Virus record (IMG/VR): IMGVR_UViG_3300014204_005796
Location: 1-64,000 of that record
Source: a virus
Taxonomy: Duplodnaviria > Caudoviricetes
Length of the DNA stretch: 64,000 nucleotides
Direction: 5' to 3' (one strand)
Each line of letters starts with the position of its first letter. The first letter of the stretch is position 1. Shown piece by piece: positions 36,406 through 46,278 of the stretch. The translations under genes were made by a program, and so were the position numbers. The notes beneath the pieces are model-generated. The model did not search any database, had not been told where the DNA came from, and saw only the letters and a list, made by a program, of their open reading frames with translations.

Positions 36406-37182
36406 ATGACAATAAATTTTAACTCCATACAAAACACTGCAGTATCAGGACTTAAAGGTAAACTTGACTTCTTTAATAGGGCCATGGAAACATTTGCTGC
36501 AGGACGTACGGACTTACTCGGCAATCCTGATCTTCCAGTAGGAGCGCGCTTAATAAGGTTTTCTGCGGTTACAACAGGTGGTTTAGCTTTATTCCCTTTT
36601 GTGCTGCTGCCGGTTAACCCCAAGCAGCTGAAAGTGCAACATAAAAAGAAAAGCAACTATCAGTATACCCTTGGAGGATTTGTACTTAACCACTGGCACG
36701 ATGACCTCACTACTATTACAGCTACCGGATATATACCCTCTATGATGAGTCGTTCTAAGCCATTTGCGGCGAGTTATTGGGCATTTTTATTTCTTCTGAA
36801 TCTATATAAGAGTAATGGACAGATAGTCACAAGTACGTCACAACCTATTAATATAAACATAGGAATCCAGGAGTCTCTAAAACCTACTATGCCTCAAGTA
36901 GCTGGAGGCGCCATGGCAGAGTCTGTAGGTACTGCAGATGCTCTGGCAATAAAATCAGATTCTATAACGGTAGACAGCCAATCTCTTCGTAACTCGGAAG
37001 TGCAATTAGCTTACCAAAATGACATCTACACAGGTATCTTTCTGGATTTTACTATAGAAGAAGACGAAGAACAGCCAAACACTCTACTATACTCCTTTAC
37101 GTTTATATCTCGTTTACACACAGACGTAATAGGTGGCATGCTGGGTTCAGCCACGCAGTCAATTTCCAGTATATTTGGATAG
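36406..37182 (+). CDS. Baseplate/tail tube initiator protein
   Basis: VNP..L......K.....TLGGFV..HW.DDL.TI.A.G and Y.G.F..F.I.EDE..P....YSF.F pattern; follows TMP. Confidence 0.7.
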   Translation: MTINFNSIQNTAVSGLKGKLDFFNRAMETFAAGRTDLLGNPDLPVGARLIRFSAVTTGGLALFPFVLLPVNPKQLKVQHKKKSNYQYTLGGFVLNHWHDDLTTITATGYIPSMMSRSKPFAASYWAFLFLLNLYKSNGQIVTSTSQPININIGIQESLKPTMPQVAGGAMAESVGTADALAIKSDSITVDSQSLRNSEVQLAYQNDIYTGIFLDFTIEEDEEQPNTLLYSFTFISRLHTDVIGGMLGSATQSISSIFG

Positions 37183-37185
37183 CCA

Positions 37186-40100
37186 ATGAGTACAAAACCT
37201 AACTTCAATCAAACTACAGCAACTAGCACACCGGCAGACACGGGCATAATTGTTCAAGCGCCACAAATTTTTATATTAAAAAATAGTATAAATGTTTATT
37301 CAGGCGGTGTAACGGATAAGTCTATTTTGTCACAAAAAACCGCCGCGTCTCTTGAGCGTGCTAAGCTGGACAAGCAAACATATGACCTGACCAACATACA
37401 GATCGCTGGTGGAACAAATACAGCGCCTAACCAAGCTGTTCTTAAGTTTGCTGTTCCTACGACAGAACAGGACACCGAGAAGGTCACATTTATTTCCGAG
37501 TTAAACTTTAAGACCGCAGCACTTCGTTGGTCTCTTATGGATCATATAGAAATTTGGATTACACAAAACGTAGGCAGCCTTCCCTATATACGCTCATTTG
37601 TAGGTATGGTGGTAGCCATATCATTTGAGATAAAAGACAATATCTATACCTTTACGCTCGAATGCCAGGACATGTTTTATTGGCTTGACCGCGCGCGCAT
37701 TCGTACCCAGTGGTCAGAATTCGACGTTGCATTACAGCAACCGGGCTTATACTATGATAAGACAGAGGCTCAAAAGATTTTAGCCTATAAAAACCGTTTT
37801 AGCGGGCTAACGTTTAGACACATAATTGAGAAGGTATTATTTAATGTGCCCGCGAAAGATACAGTTACTAAGGACTCAAAATTTGATGATACGGCGCAGT
37901 TTGGCGCCGGGGGCAAAAACTTTGATGAGATAGAAAATGATGATATTATGTCTATTCCTACGTTATTTGCTGGAGACTACATGAGTATCTTATCTACGTT
38001 GCCCGGCAGTGTGCCAACGCAAAAGATAAACTATGATGATAACTATAGGTTGCACATAACTACCCTAGTGGCCGACAACGTGGAAAACTCCGGCTCTTCT
38101 GTAACCGACGGACAGAGTAAGTCGCCAAAAGACATAATTCGGCTGGCTTCTCGAGACCTTATGACACAGGACTTGAACGCAAACGCTATTAGCGGCGGCC
38201 AGTTCCCATCCCCGTTTGACTACATTGACTTACGTGCAGCACAGCGAAAGAACGCTACGGTTTTAAATATGTTTTGGGAACTTCAGTATAAGAAATTTTT
38301 GAAACAAAACTACATAGCTATGTATAGAAAGGAAGACATGGCGCTTCAGCCGTTTCCTTATGATACGACCGGTCAAATACCACTTATTTGGGAAGGAAAT
38401 TACACAACACGTTTGGAAGTACTTAACCAGCTGTCACAGTTAAGTATGTACGAAGTTTACCAGTCACCCCAGGGATTTATTTTTGTAAAACCCCCTATGT
38501 ACAATGCACCTCCGATTAATAGAATATATGCTGCAGAGATAGGTGACATAACACGTAAAGAAGACTTACGTAATGTTCTTACCGCAGCAACGACCCAGGG
38601 AGTTTGGGCGGCTAAAGGTTCAAAAGACGCCGGCATTCCTGAGCAGCTAATCCCACAGCAAGACTTCCCATTTTGTGCGGGTACTTACCAGATTTTGTTC
38701 CCTAAGGGGTATCAGGAAATACAGAGTAAAGGCACAGAAGATTTTACCGGCAAGAATTCCTTTAAAATATCAGTTCTTAACTATGCAGACTATACGAATA
38801 TCCTTGCGGAGTTAAATAAGGTGCGTGACCGCTTTGAAGCGTCTAAGTACACGCTTTCTCTAGAAGAAAATATTGGAGATAAGGCGCAGTCTTTCGACGT
38901 AACCACGTCGGGAGACTTTGTTACTAAAATTATGCTTTATAAGTTTTACCAAAAGGCTATTGACCCTAGTACCTTATCAGTAAAGCTCCTTCACGCCGGC
39001 AGCTATACCGCAGATGGTGACGCGAGTTCAGCGGAGCGCTATACACTAAAGGAATACTTTGAACAAATAAAAAATTTCTTATATGGACATGCCGCAGATT
39101 TTGGTACCACGCAGGGCGCCCTGGCAACTATAAATACGACTATATATACGTCTATACGACAAATTCTCTCAAGCAGGCCCCTTCCGACGTCTTCTGCAGG
39201 GGGTGACCAGCTCAGCGTGGAAGTGGCACGCCGTCAGGCAATAACGGCCTACTTATTTGATGGCCTTTGGTCAGACATAGCCGGCGCGTCTACCCCTACA
39301 GCTGCTACAAACGTTGGAATAGTCGGAGGAATTTCTATAAGCACAACAAACGTCGTTGTTGATGCAAGCGGAGCTGCCAGCACGCTTAATGCACATTCAG
39401 CAGTTGCAGGTTCTTTCGACGCTTGGGGAATCCAGCAACGGGTACGGGCCAGTAAGGATCCCATATGTGAATTACCTACGTTAATACTAAGTCTATCCGG
39501 TAAATACGTGCTTAAGTCACTGGGCAAGAGCAGTATAAGTACAGGCGAATACAATATGATGCAACATGGGTACAAAGACGCCAAACTTAATAATACACTG
39601 ATAAGGTCTAATCGTCAGGCTGCTGTATTTTCAAAGTACTATCTGTATAAAAATAACGCCATGGCAGAAGTTTTTAACATAAACTTGCGTACGTTACGTC
39701 CAGATATAGTACCCGGATTTCCTATTCTCAACACTATGGATTTTTGTGTATACTACGTAATGGCCGTTACACTGCAGGCAACCCCAGGTGGGGCTACTGC
39801 AACTAATCTACAGTGCATAGCCAGGCGTAGACCTGTATTTTGTAATACAAACAAAGTTAACCGTAACTTTAGTAATCCAGATATAACGCTGGCCACGCTT
39901 TCTACAGTGTCTCTTGATACGCCTTTGAGTGAGCTGCCCGATTATACAGCGGATTTGCAAGCGCTTAATAATTCAGCTTACGAATTTATAGGCTGGGAAA
40001 TGTATGGGCCTTCTGATAATGACTTAGGTGAAACCTTTTCTGCCCCATCTGGGGCATTTCTTCCACCATTTGGTGGTTACGTGTCAGGCCATAATGTTAA

Positions 40101-40767
40101 TACCACACCTTCAGGTGACAAAAAGTCTAATACTAAATCAGTGAGAAACATAACGTTTTACAAAATTCAGGATGCAAAGTCACCGGCAGCTACTTTAGAG
40201 AAAACGGCTACACAAATTGGGTCGGCGCTTTCATATAAACTTGAGGTTTTTCAAAACTCAAGCAACGCGTCGTCAACTACAGGAAACGGCGAGCAATTGA
40301 TAGGCCCGGCAGGTGTGGCTGCCCCTGGTATTGCAGATAACAGATCTAAAGGCTTTGCTACATTTGGATGGTGGGCAGTACGCGCGTCAAATATAGGCGG
40401 GATGTTATTTACGCCACTTAGCTCTATAACGGCACGTTATGGTAGTGACTTAGTTATAGTAAAGGACATGCAGGTTGACACAGCCGTTACTTTAAACGCC
40501 GGGTCAGCTTACTACACAGGAGTTTTACCTGCGAAAGGTTCAAAAGCTATACAGGCCTATAGTCAAGCCAGCCTGGAAAACATATTACAAAGTATGTTTT
40601 TTGGTCAAGCAATCATAAAGGATGGCCAAATAATACGCACGGACTTACGTGCAACCCAGGGAGGAGCTTACGACAGTCGTGTTCAGGCAGTACTGTCTAT
40701 ACTAGCTAAACAATCCCGGGGTATTGCAGCATTACGTTTAGCCGGCATAGATGTTGAGGAGGTATAA
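37186..40767 (+). CDS. Baseplate hub protein with large insertions
   Basis: FVGMV..I....TL.C.DM.YWL, TRLE.L......YE.YQ...G.I..KPP.YN, LRP.I.PGFP....YYV..V. Confidence 0.7.
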   Translation: MSTKPNFNQTTATSTPADTGIIVQAPQIFILKNSINVYSGGVTDKSILSQKTAASLERAKLDKQTYDLTNIQIAGGTNTAPNQAVLKFAVPTTEQDTEKVTFISELNFKTAALRWSLMDHIEIWITQNVGSLPYIRSFVGMVVAISFEIKDNIYTFTLECQDMFYWLDRARIRTQWSEFDVALQQPGLYYDKTEAQKILAYKNRFSGLTFRHIIEKVLFNVPAKDTVTKDSKFDDTAQFGAGGKNFDEIENDDIMSIPTLFAGDYMSILSTLPGSVPTQKINYDDNYRLHITTLVADNVENSGSSVTDGQSKSPKDIIRLASRDLMTQDLNANAISGGQFPSPFDYIDLRAAQRKNATVLNMFWELQYKKFLKQNYIAMYRKEDMALQPFPYDTTGQIPLIWEGNYTTRLEVLNQLSQLSMYEVYQSPQGFIFVKPPMYNAPPINRIYAAEIGDITRKEDLRNVLTAATTQGVWAAKGSKDAGIPEQLIPQQDFPFCAGTYQILFPKGYQEIQSKGTEDFTGKNSFKISVLNYADYTNILAELNKVRDRFEASKYTLSLEENIGDKAQSFDVTTSGDFVTKIMLYKFYQKAIDPSTLSVKLLHAGSYTADGDASSAERYTLKEYFEQIKNFLYGHAADFGTTQGALATINTTIYTSIRQILSSRPLPTSSAGGDQLSVEVARRQAITAYLFDGLWSDIAGASTPTAATNVGIVGGISISTTNVVVDASGAASTLNAHSAVAGSFDAWGIQQRVRASKDPICELPTLILSLSGKYVLKSLGKSSISTGEYNMMQHGYKDAKLNNTLIRSNRQAAVFSKYYLYKNNAMAEVFNINLRTLRPDIVPGFPILNTMDFCVYYVMAVTLQATPGGATATNLQCIARRRPVFCNTNKVNRNFSNPDITLATLSTVSLDTPLSELPDYTADLQALNNSAYEFIGWEMYGPSDNDLGETFSAPSGAFLPPFGGYVSGHNVNTTPSGDKKSNTKSVRNITFYKIQDAKSPAATLEKTATQIGSALSYKLEVFQNSSNASSTTGNGEQLIGPAGVAAPGIADNRSKGFATFGWWAVRASNIGGMLFTPLSSITARYGSDLVIVKDMQVDTAVTLNAGSAYYTGVLPAKGSKAIQAYSQASLENILQSMFFGQAIIKDGQIIRTDLRATQGGAYDSRVQAVLSILAKQSRGIAALRLAGIDVEEV

Positions 40768-41477
40768 TGGATAACTTAAGACGTATGGTCGGAAAAGCTC
40801 TAAATACACCTAATAATAACTATGCAGGTATGTCGGAGTTGTTTCCAACGGAAGGACTTATAAAAGCAGTAGATAAGGATGCCTACACGGTAGACGTACA
40901 GACATCAGACGCGATATTTCATAATGTGGCGCTTCCTATATATGGCTATACCCGGGGTGCCGGGCTTTTTACCATGCCGTCTGTAAACGATTGGTGTCTT
41001 ATAATGCGAAACTCTCGCGGAGAAGCGTTTTTAATTAATACGTACTCTTTTGACGGGAAGACGGATTTAGGAGCACAGCACAGAGAGAATCCCGCGGAGG
41101 CCGCCTACATATTAAAGAGCCCAAAAGATATTACGTTGAAGGTTGAAACTTCTACAGAATCTGGTATACTTAACATTACGACAGACGATTCCGGGCGAGT
41201 TACTATGTCTTTATCTATAAATGCGCTGTCTAAGGACGCAGAGGGTAAGTTAGTAGTTGATGACCTACAGCAGCTGCCTAAGATAGTAATAAATGCAGAA
41301 GGTATACAATTAGATACAGGCGGCGCCCTTTCTACGATAGTAACTTTAGATATGCTAGAAGATGTTATTGGCTCAGGTGCACCGCTCCCTTATGATGGCG
41401 GTGCCCAAATAAGGACAGCCCAAGCACTAACTATTGAAACTATGAAGGGTTCTCCACCAAACAAAACGCAGGCTTAG
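40767..41477 (+). CDS. Baseplate central spike (gpV/gp5 OB-fold type)
   Basis: G.I.AVD...YTVDV, G.GLF.MP.V.D.CLI; follows the hub. Confidence 0.7.
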   Translation: MDNLRRMVGKALNTPNNNYAGMSELFPTEGLIKAVDKDAYTVDVQTSDAIFHNVALPIYGYTRGAGLFTMPSVNDWCLIMRNSRGEAFLINTYSFDGKTDLGAQHRENPAEAAYILKSPKDITLKVETSTESGILNITTDDSGRVTMSLSINALSKDAEGKLVVDDLQQLPKIVINAEGIQLDTGGALSTIVTLDMLEDVIGSGAPLPYDGGAQIRTAQALTIETMKGSPPNKTQA

Positions 41478-41496
41478 CTAAGGGAGGTAACGTGTC

Positions 41497-42471
41497 ATCG
41501 CCTTTGATATAGAGTACATACTAACAGCATGTGACCATAGAGTTAAAGATGAAGTTATAGCGGAAGCCTCTGCGCAGTCCGTCAATATGATTTCTGAATC
41601 TTCACGCTTTGGCGTATCCAACTTTGGAACAGCCAGGTTTGGTAGAAATATATATGCATACTTGGACCGTTATGGGCCTACAGGTACGTTTATAGAAAAT
41701 ACAAATGGAACTATCACGGCTATATTCAGTATACCAGGCACGGTTGCGGGTGCGCCAAAACTTTATGCCAACTTACCTGGGGAATATAAACGTACAGAAG
41801 TTCCTGCGTACTCAAAGACCGAAAATTCATCATCCTTGTACTTCGGGGATGAGCTATACTACGGTGAAGGTGAGCTTGATTATGGTGGGTCCGGTGTTGT
41901 GCCATCAAGCAGCATAAATGCAATTTGGTATGTTACGCATGAAGCAACTGTTATTGGAACCACGGCTGTTCCGGCCAATTCACTAGTTGTAAACAGGTAT
42001 GACAGTCGCTACAATTTAAGTTTAGATTTTAATATAGTACTCGAGCAGTGTCCTTTTTGTCAGGGTACTTCTGTTAAGAATGATCTTATATTAACACCAT
42101 TAGGCCGTTTGAGCAATGTATTCGATACAAATAAGCTAAGCCAGCAGGTCATGAAGGCTATTATGACACTCAAGGGTAAAAATATATTCTATCCATCATA
42201 TGGTACGATCATACCTGAAATAATTGGTGAAAATACATTGAATGGTTTTGTGCTGCGTGAGCAGATTGTATTGCAGCTAAGTGAAATAAAGCGTATGCAG
42301 CAACAGATTACAAGTCAGAATCCTGCGTTCTTTACTGCACGTGAACTATTGGAAGACGTCATAGGCGTTAAACTCACACCCCAGACCGACCCACGCATTT
42401 TCGGTCTAACTATTACTATAATGAATAAAGCCTTGGAACAGGTAAGTTCAAAAACTATGAAGATAGGCTAG
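41497..42471 (+). CDS. Baseplate wedge/sheath initiator (gp25-like C-terminal domain); probable ATC start
   Basis: Frame of ORF 41587 is open back to TAA 41488; GGAGGT precedes ATC 41497 giving (M)AFDIEYILTACDH; CPFCQG, KL.Q...K...T.KG.N.FYP.YGT, DPR motifs. Confidence 0.65.
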   Translation: MAFDIEYILTACDHRVKDEVIAEASAQSVNMISESSRFGVSNFGTARFGRNIYAYLDRYGPTGTFIENTNGTITAIFSIPGTVAGAPKLYANLPGEYKRTEVPAYSKTENSSSLYFGDELYYGEGELDYGGSGVVPSSSINAIWYVTHEATVIGTTAVPANSLVVNRYDSRYNLSLDFNIVLEQCPFCQGTSVKNDLILTPLGRLSNVFDTNKLSQQVMKAIMTLKGKNIFYPSYGTIIPEIIGENTLNGFVLREQIVLQLSEIKRMQQQITSQNPAFFTARELLEDVIGVKLTPQTDPRIFGLTITIMNKALEQVSSKTMKIG

Positions 42472-42481
42472 GAGGCACGTA

Positions 42482-44329
42482 ATGGCAGATTTAATCACAA
42501 TAAAAACTCGTGGTGAATTGGTACGCGAGATCATAGACTACATAAGCAGTCGCTACCCGACAGCGGATTTAAGTCCCGGTTTGGTGATGCGCGACCTGCT
42601 GGTTGAAGGACCTATGGACTATCTAGCCAATACGTCCGTAATAGCAAGCTTAATTGGCCAGGTTTTGGACCTTAATTCTTTAGCTGAACTGGTAGGAAAT
42701 GTTTCCACGCGCCTAACTTTTGCCAGAGCTTTCAATGTAGACCCTATTGAGTTTGACAACACACTTAAGAATATTATAGAACTTTATGCATCAAATTATA
42801 ATATTTCACGCAAATTAGGCACAAAGTCGCGGGGCATTATCACGTTTTATAGCGTGACAGAACCTTCAAGTAGTTTAGTTGTCCCTGCAGGTACAGAAGT
42901 TAAGATACCCAATACCCAGATAGTGTTTAAAACACTAAAAACTGTCACCATGCCGACGCTTGCTCTCCAAACAACAACAAATCCTTTATTATATGATACT
43001 TTAAATAATCGTTACTACGTTAATGTTGTTGCAGACTGTCTCAGTACAGGTGGAATTGGAAATGTTCCAGCTAATTCTATTATAGAATACTCAGGGTCCC
43101 CAGTTGTAGGCCTACAACCGGTTAACTCCCTCGCTTTTGTTGGCGGCACAGATCCTGAAACTGACGCCGAGTTAGTAGTACGACTTAAAAATGCCTATAC
43201 GGGAAACTTTAAAGGTACAGCGCCTTCTATAGTATCTACCGTACTATCTTTTGATTTTATTAAAGACGTGGCCATAGCCTATCTGTACAATGATATAAAT
43301 AAAGTGCGCAGTGGGATGAACACAGTGGATTTATTTATACAGGGTGGAAAACTCATATCTAATACCAGCACGGTGACAATTACGGAAAACCCCTATTTCT
43401 TTGCGCTAGCTAATGCATATACGACGCAGCTTAATGTACTACAAGGAACAACAGACACGCCTACAGCATATACATATCCGTCGTTTACTCACCAGCTGTC
43501 ATATGGTGACAATGGAGAAAGTTTTATTTCATTTTTAACTGTAGGTAGTCCACATTTTGTAGTTACAGAGCTGCTGGTCGACTATGCACCCACAGGTATA
43601 AAGACTGCTACACTTTACTTGCAAACGTTCTACAAGGCCGACGGGACTGTAGATACTACCAGAAGTACCATAGGAACGTTCCCTGACTTCGTGGCCGGCA
43701 GCGTTTTAAGCGCGACCGGACGTGTAAAAGTGTTTAGGATACTTGGTGACGTGTCTATAGATGATACACTTAACTGGTCTTACACGGCGCCCTCAACAGG
43801 AGTACAAGGATTAACACGCATAGCAGACGTATACGCGGCAGACTTTCCTACACTGCGCTATGAAGTACAAATCCTGCCTAAAGTTAATGATGTAATGACG
43901 ATTGACTCACTGTATAACTCAGCAATTTCAGAAGTACAGAGTTATGTAGCCAATCCGGCTAATCTGTTCGTGGGCCAGGATATTATGTGCTATCCTGCAA
44001 CGGCAGTTCAGATTGTAGCAGACATTAAAATACAAGTTGATACGTCCTACCAGTCCATACCAGACCTGGAAGCTGCGGCGTATAGCAAAATAGTCGAACT
44101 TCTAGGCAACACGGGACTAGGTCAAGAGTTGAATCAAACATTTTATATATCAGAGTTACTGAAAATTCCAGGAATTGTTGACGTGGAACGTCCTTTTTCA
44201 GTTTTTACACGTAACTATGACACACGCATGGGCTCCACAGATATTGTGCTTTCTCCGAAAGAGTACCCGATTGTGGCTGACATAGCCGACGTCGTAGTAC
44301 ATGGCCAGTATGAACCCTTAGGAAGGTAA
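42482..44329 (+). CDS. Baseplate J-like wedge protein
   Basis: PG.V.RDL, ASNY.I.R...T...G...F, VPAGT.V, G..GNVPANSI, GGTD.ETD.EL..R. Confidence 0.88.
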   Translation: MADLITIKTRGELVREIIDYISSRYPTADLSPGLVMRDLLVEGPMDYLANTSVIASLIGQVLDLNSLAELVGNVSTRLTFARAFNVDPIEFDNTLKNIIELYASNYNISRKLGTKSRGIITFYSVTEPSSSLVVPAGTEVKIPNTQIVFKTLKTVTMPTLALQTTTNPLLYDTLNNRYYVNVVADCLSTGGIGNVPANSIIEYSGSPVVGLQPVNSLAFVGGTDPETDAELVVRLKNAYTGNFKGTAPSIVSTVLSFDFIKDVAIAYLYNDINKVRSGMNTVDLFIQGGKLISNTSTVTITENPYFFALANAYTTQLNVLQGTTDTPTAYTYPSFTHQLSYGDNGESFISFLTVGSPHFVVTELLVDYAPTGIKTATLYLQTFYKADGTVDTTRSTIGTFPDFVAGSVLSATGRVKVFRILGDVSIDDTLNWSYTAPSTGVQGLTRIADVYAADFPTLRYEVQILPKVNDVMTIDSLYNSAISEVQSYVANPANLFVGQDIMCYPATAVQIVADIKIQVDTSYQSIPDLEAAAYSKIVELLGNTGLGQELNQTFYISELLKIPGIVDVERPFSVFTRNYDTRMGSTDIVLSPKEYPIVADIADVVVHGQYEPLGR

Positions 44330-44331
44330 AA

Positions 44332-46266
44332 ATGGAAGCTATTAAACTCACAAATAACAGAACAATAGCAGATAATTTGGTAGAGCGTAAGACAGGTACT
44401 CTATATGATACTTACTATAAGGCGCTTGAAAACCTGGCAAAAGTATACGTAGATGGCATCGTTGAAAATGTACTAAATAATAGTTTTATTTTTACGTCAG
44501 ATTCGGCAGGATTAAAACGCTGGCAGGCGTACTACGAGCAAAAACCTTTTGACATGACATGGACACAGTTTCGTAGTTTGTTATTCTTACTTAATGAGGC
44601 AACCAGGGAAGGCCCCACAGTTACGAACATACAAAACATCCTAAAGTTTTTTGATGCAACAGCTACATTTTCACAGGTAACTACCCGGCATATATTTTAT
44701 GGAACACCGGGGTACGTAATCGCTACACTCACGAAAGGGGACGATCTTATAACAACAGACTTTGACTGGCTGGCAGTCCCAAACTATAATCTACTAAGCA
44801 ACTCACACATATGGTATACTTCCGGTGGTGTAAACACACGCTTCAATGAAGGAACCGACTACAGTCTGGTATTGCAAGAAGACGGCGGAAAGGTACAAGC
44901 GGTTGTCACGTGGATCACAGGTACCCCTCCGACAGACGGAGAGTCCTATGATCTTTTATTCAAGGACGACAGTATCGACCACGACGACCCACAGTCTTTA
45001 TTTTACAATCATAACTCAGGAACGTTTCCCGAAGAGGAAGCCTACATATATACAGAAGACTCATCTTTGCCAAAAGTAAATGAGTTTTTTGTGACAACAG
45101 ACTCCACAGTTATTTATGAGTCTTCCGCATTAGTAATTCCTAAAGTCTCATTTAGGTATATGCTACAGGCGCTTTTAAATAAGATACTACCGGCCAATAT
45201 AGTCTTTTTGCTGCGTTTTATGGATGCGGCATCTATTCTATACAGAAAGGACCAGGGGCCCGACCCGGTAACGCAGCCACGCCAGCTCATAATTTATGAA
45301 CCTGCGTATGGACAAATCCGCAGCTATAATCTTATGGTCGCCGGATATGAGACAGCACAGCTTAGGGACGCCATGCGCGTAGATGAGAATGATTTTTTAC
45401 TGATTCTCCAGCCGCCACCGCCCTCGCGAAAACAGCATATTGTTCGTTACGACACAGCTACAAAAATTACCACTGAAGCGGTTACCAATGTGTTTTCTGT
45501 AGACCAGGCAGGTACAGCCTTTACCAGGGTAGACCTTAATACACTTATATTTCCGTCCATAGGATCGTTTGACCCTTACTTTAGCGTTTACGACGTAAAA
45601 ACCGGGGGCAGCACCACCTATTACAACGCCTATGGCGCAACCGCCCTCTCTAACCCGGCGGTAGCAACATCTCCGGTATTTACGACAGGTTTTGATTTTC
45701 TCTGGGATATGAAGGCAGACAACAATGGACATGCTTACTTTATTGTGCGTAATATACAGACTAATGACTGGTATATTCGGGTTTTACACGTAATAACTAA
45801 TACATTAGTTTACGAAGTAAATTTAGGACCCTTAGCAGGTCAGCCAAATTCATTTTCTCCACTTAGTACTAGTAAGTACGTATTCTTTCATAACAAAACA
45901 ATTAATGGGTCTGGCGACGTAGTATTTGTAGACGCAACTATACCCTCGGTGGTTAGCACAACATTTGACATTATAAATGCTTCTGTAATTGCTATAAACG
46001 ATGAATTAGTTGTGTCCACAAAGAACGACGGTCCTGACGTAGAAATCTACACGTCAGCGTTCGGAGAGGTGCCAACACTCCTTATGATCGTACCTAATAT
46101 GCCGGCTTCGTCTGTATACCTGCATGAGAACGACTTGGTTTTAGTCAATAATTATAAAAGCGTGGCTATAGTGTTAAACTTTGTTACACTATTAGGGGCT
46201 GCCCCAGTTCTTAGCTACCACGTGGATTCAAACAGTCAATTTTTATACCCAGTTGACGTATACTAA
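44332..46266 (+). CDS. Baseplate wedge (gpI/gp7-like) protein with C-terminal beta-rich, possibly receptor-binding region
   Basis: Follows J; L..W, GPT...I and LLNKILPANI motifs; insert resembles the inserted domain of the sheath (Y.LV....A...W..G..P..G.SY). Confidence 0.6.
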   Translation: MEAIKLTNNRTIADNLVERKTGTLYDTYYKALENLAKVYVDGIVENVLNNSFIFTSDSAGLKRWQAYYEQKPFDMTWTQFRSLLFLLNEATREGPTVTNIQNILKFFDATATFSQVTTRHIFYGTPGYVIATLTKGDDLITTDFDWLAVPNYNLLSNSHIWYTSGGVNTRFNEGTDYSLVLQEDGGKVQAVVTWITGTPPTDGESYDLLFKDDSIDHDDPQSLFYNHNSGTFPEEEAYIYTEDSSLPKVNEFFVTTDSTVIYESSALVIPKVSFRYMLQALLNKILPANIVFLLRFMDAASILYRKDQGPDPVTQPRQLIIYEPAYGQIRSYNLMVAGYETAQLRDAMRVDENDFLLILQPPPPSRKQHIVRYDTATKITTEAVTNVFSVDQAGTAFTRVDLNTLIFPSIGSFDPYFSVYDVKTGGSTTYYNAYGATALSNPAVATSPVFTTGFDFLWDMKADNNGHAYFIVRNIQTNDWYIRVLHVITNTLVYEVNLGPLAGQPNSFSPLSTSKYVFFHNKTINGSGDVVFVDATIPSVVSTTFDIINASVIAINDELVVSTKNDGPDVEIYTSAFGEVPTLLMIVPNMPASSVYLHENDLVLVNNYKSVAIVLNFVTLLGAAPVLSYHVDSNSQFLYPVDVY

Positions 46267-46278
46267 AAGGAGGATGGA

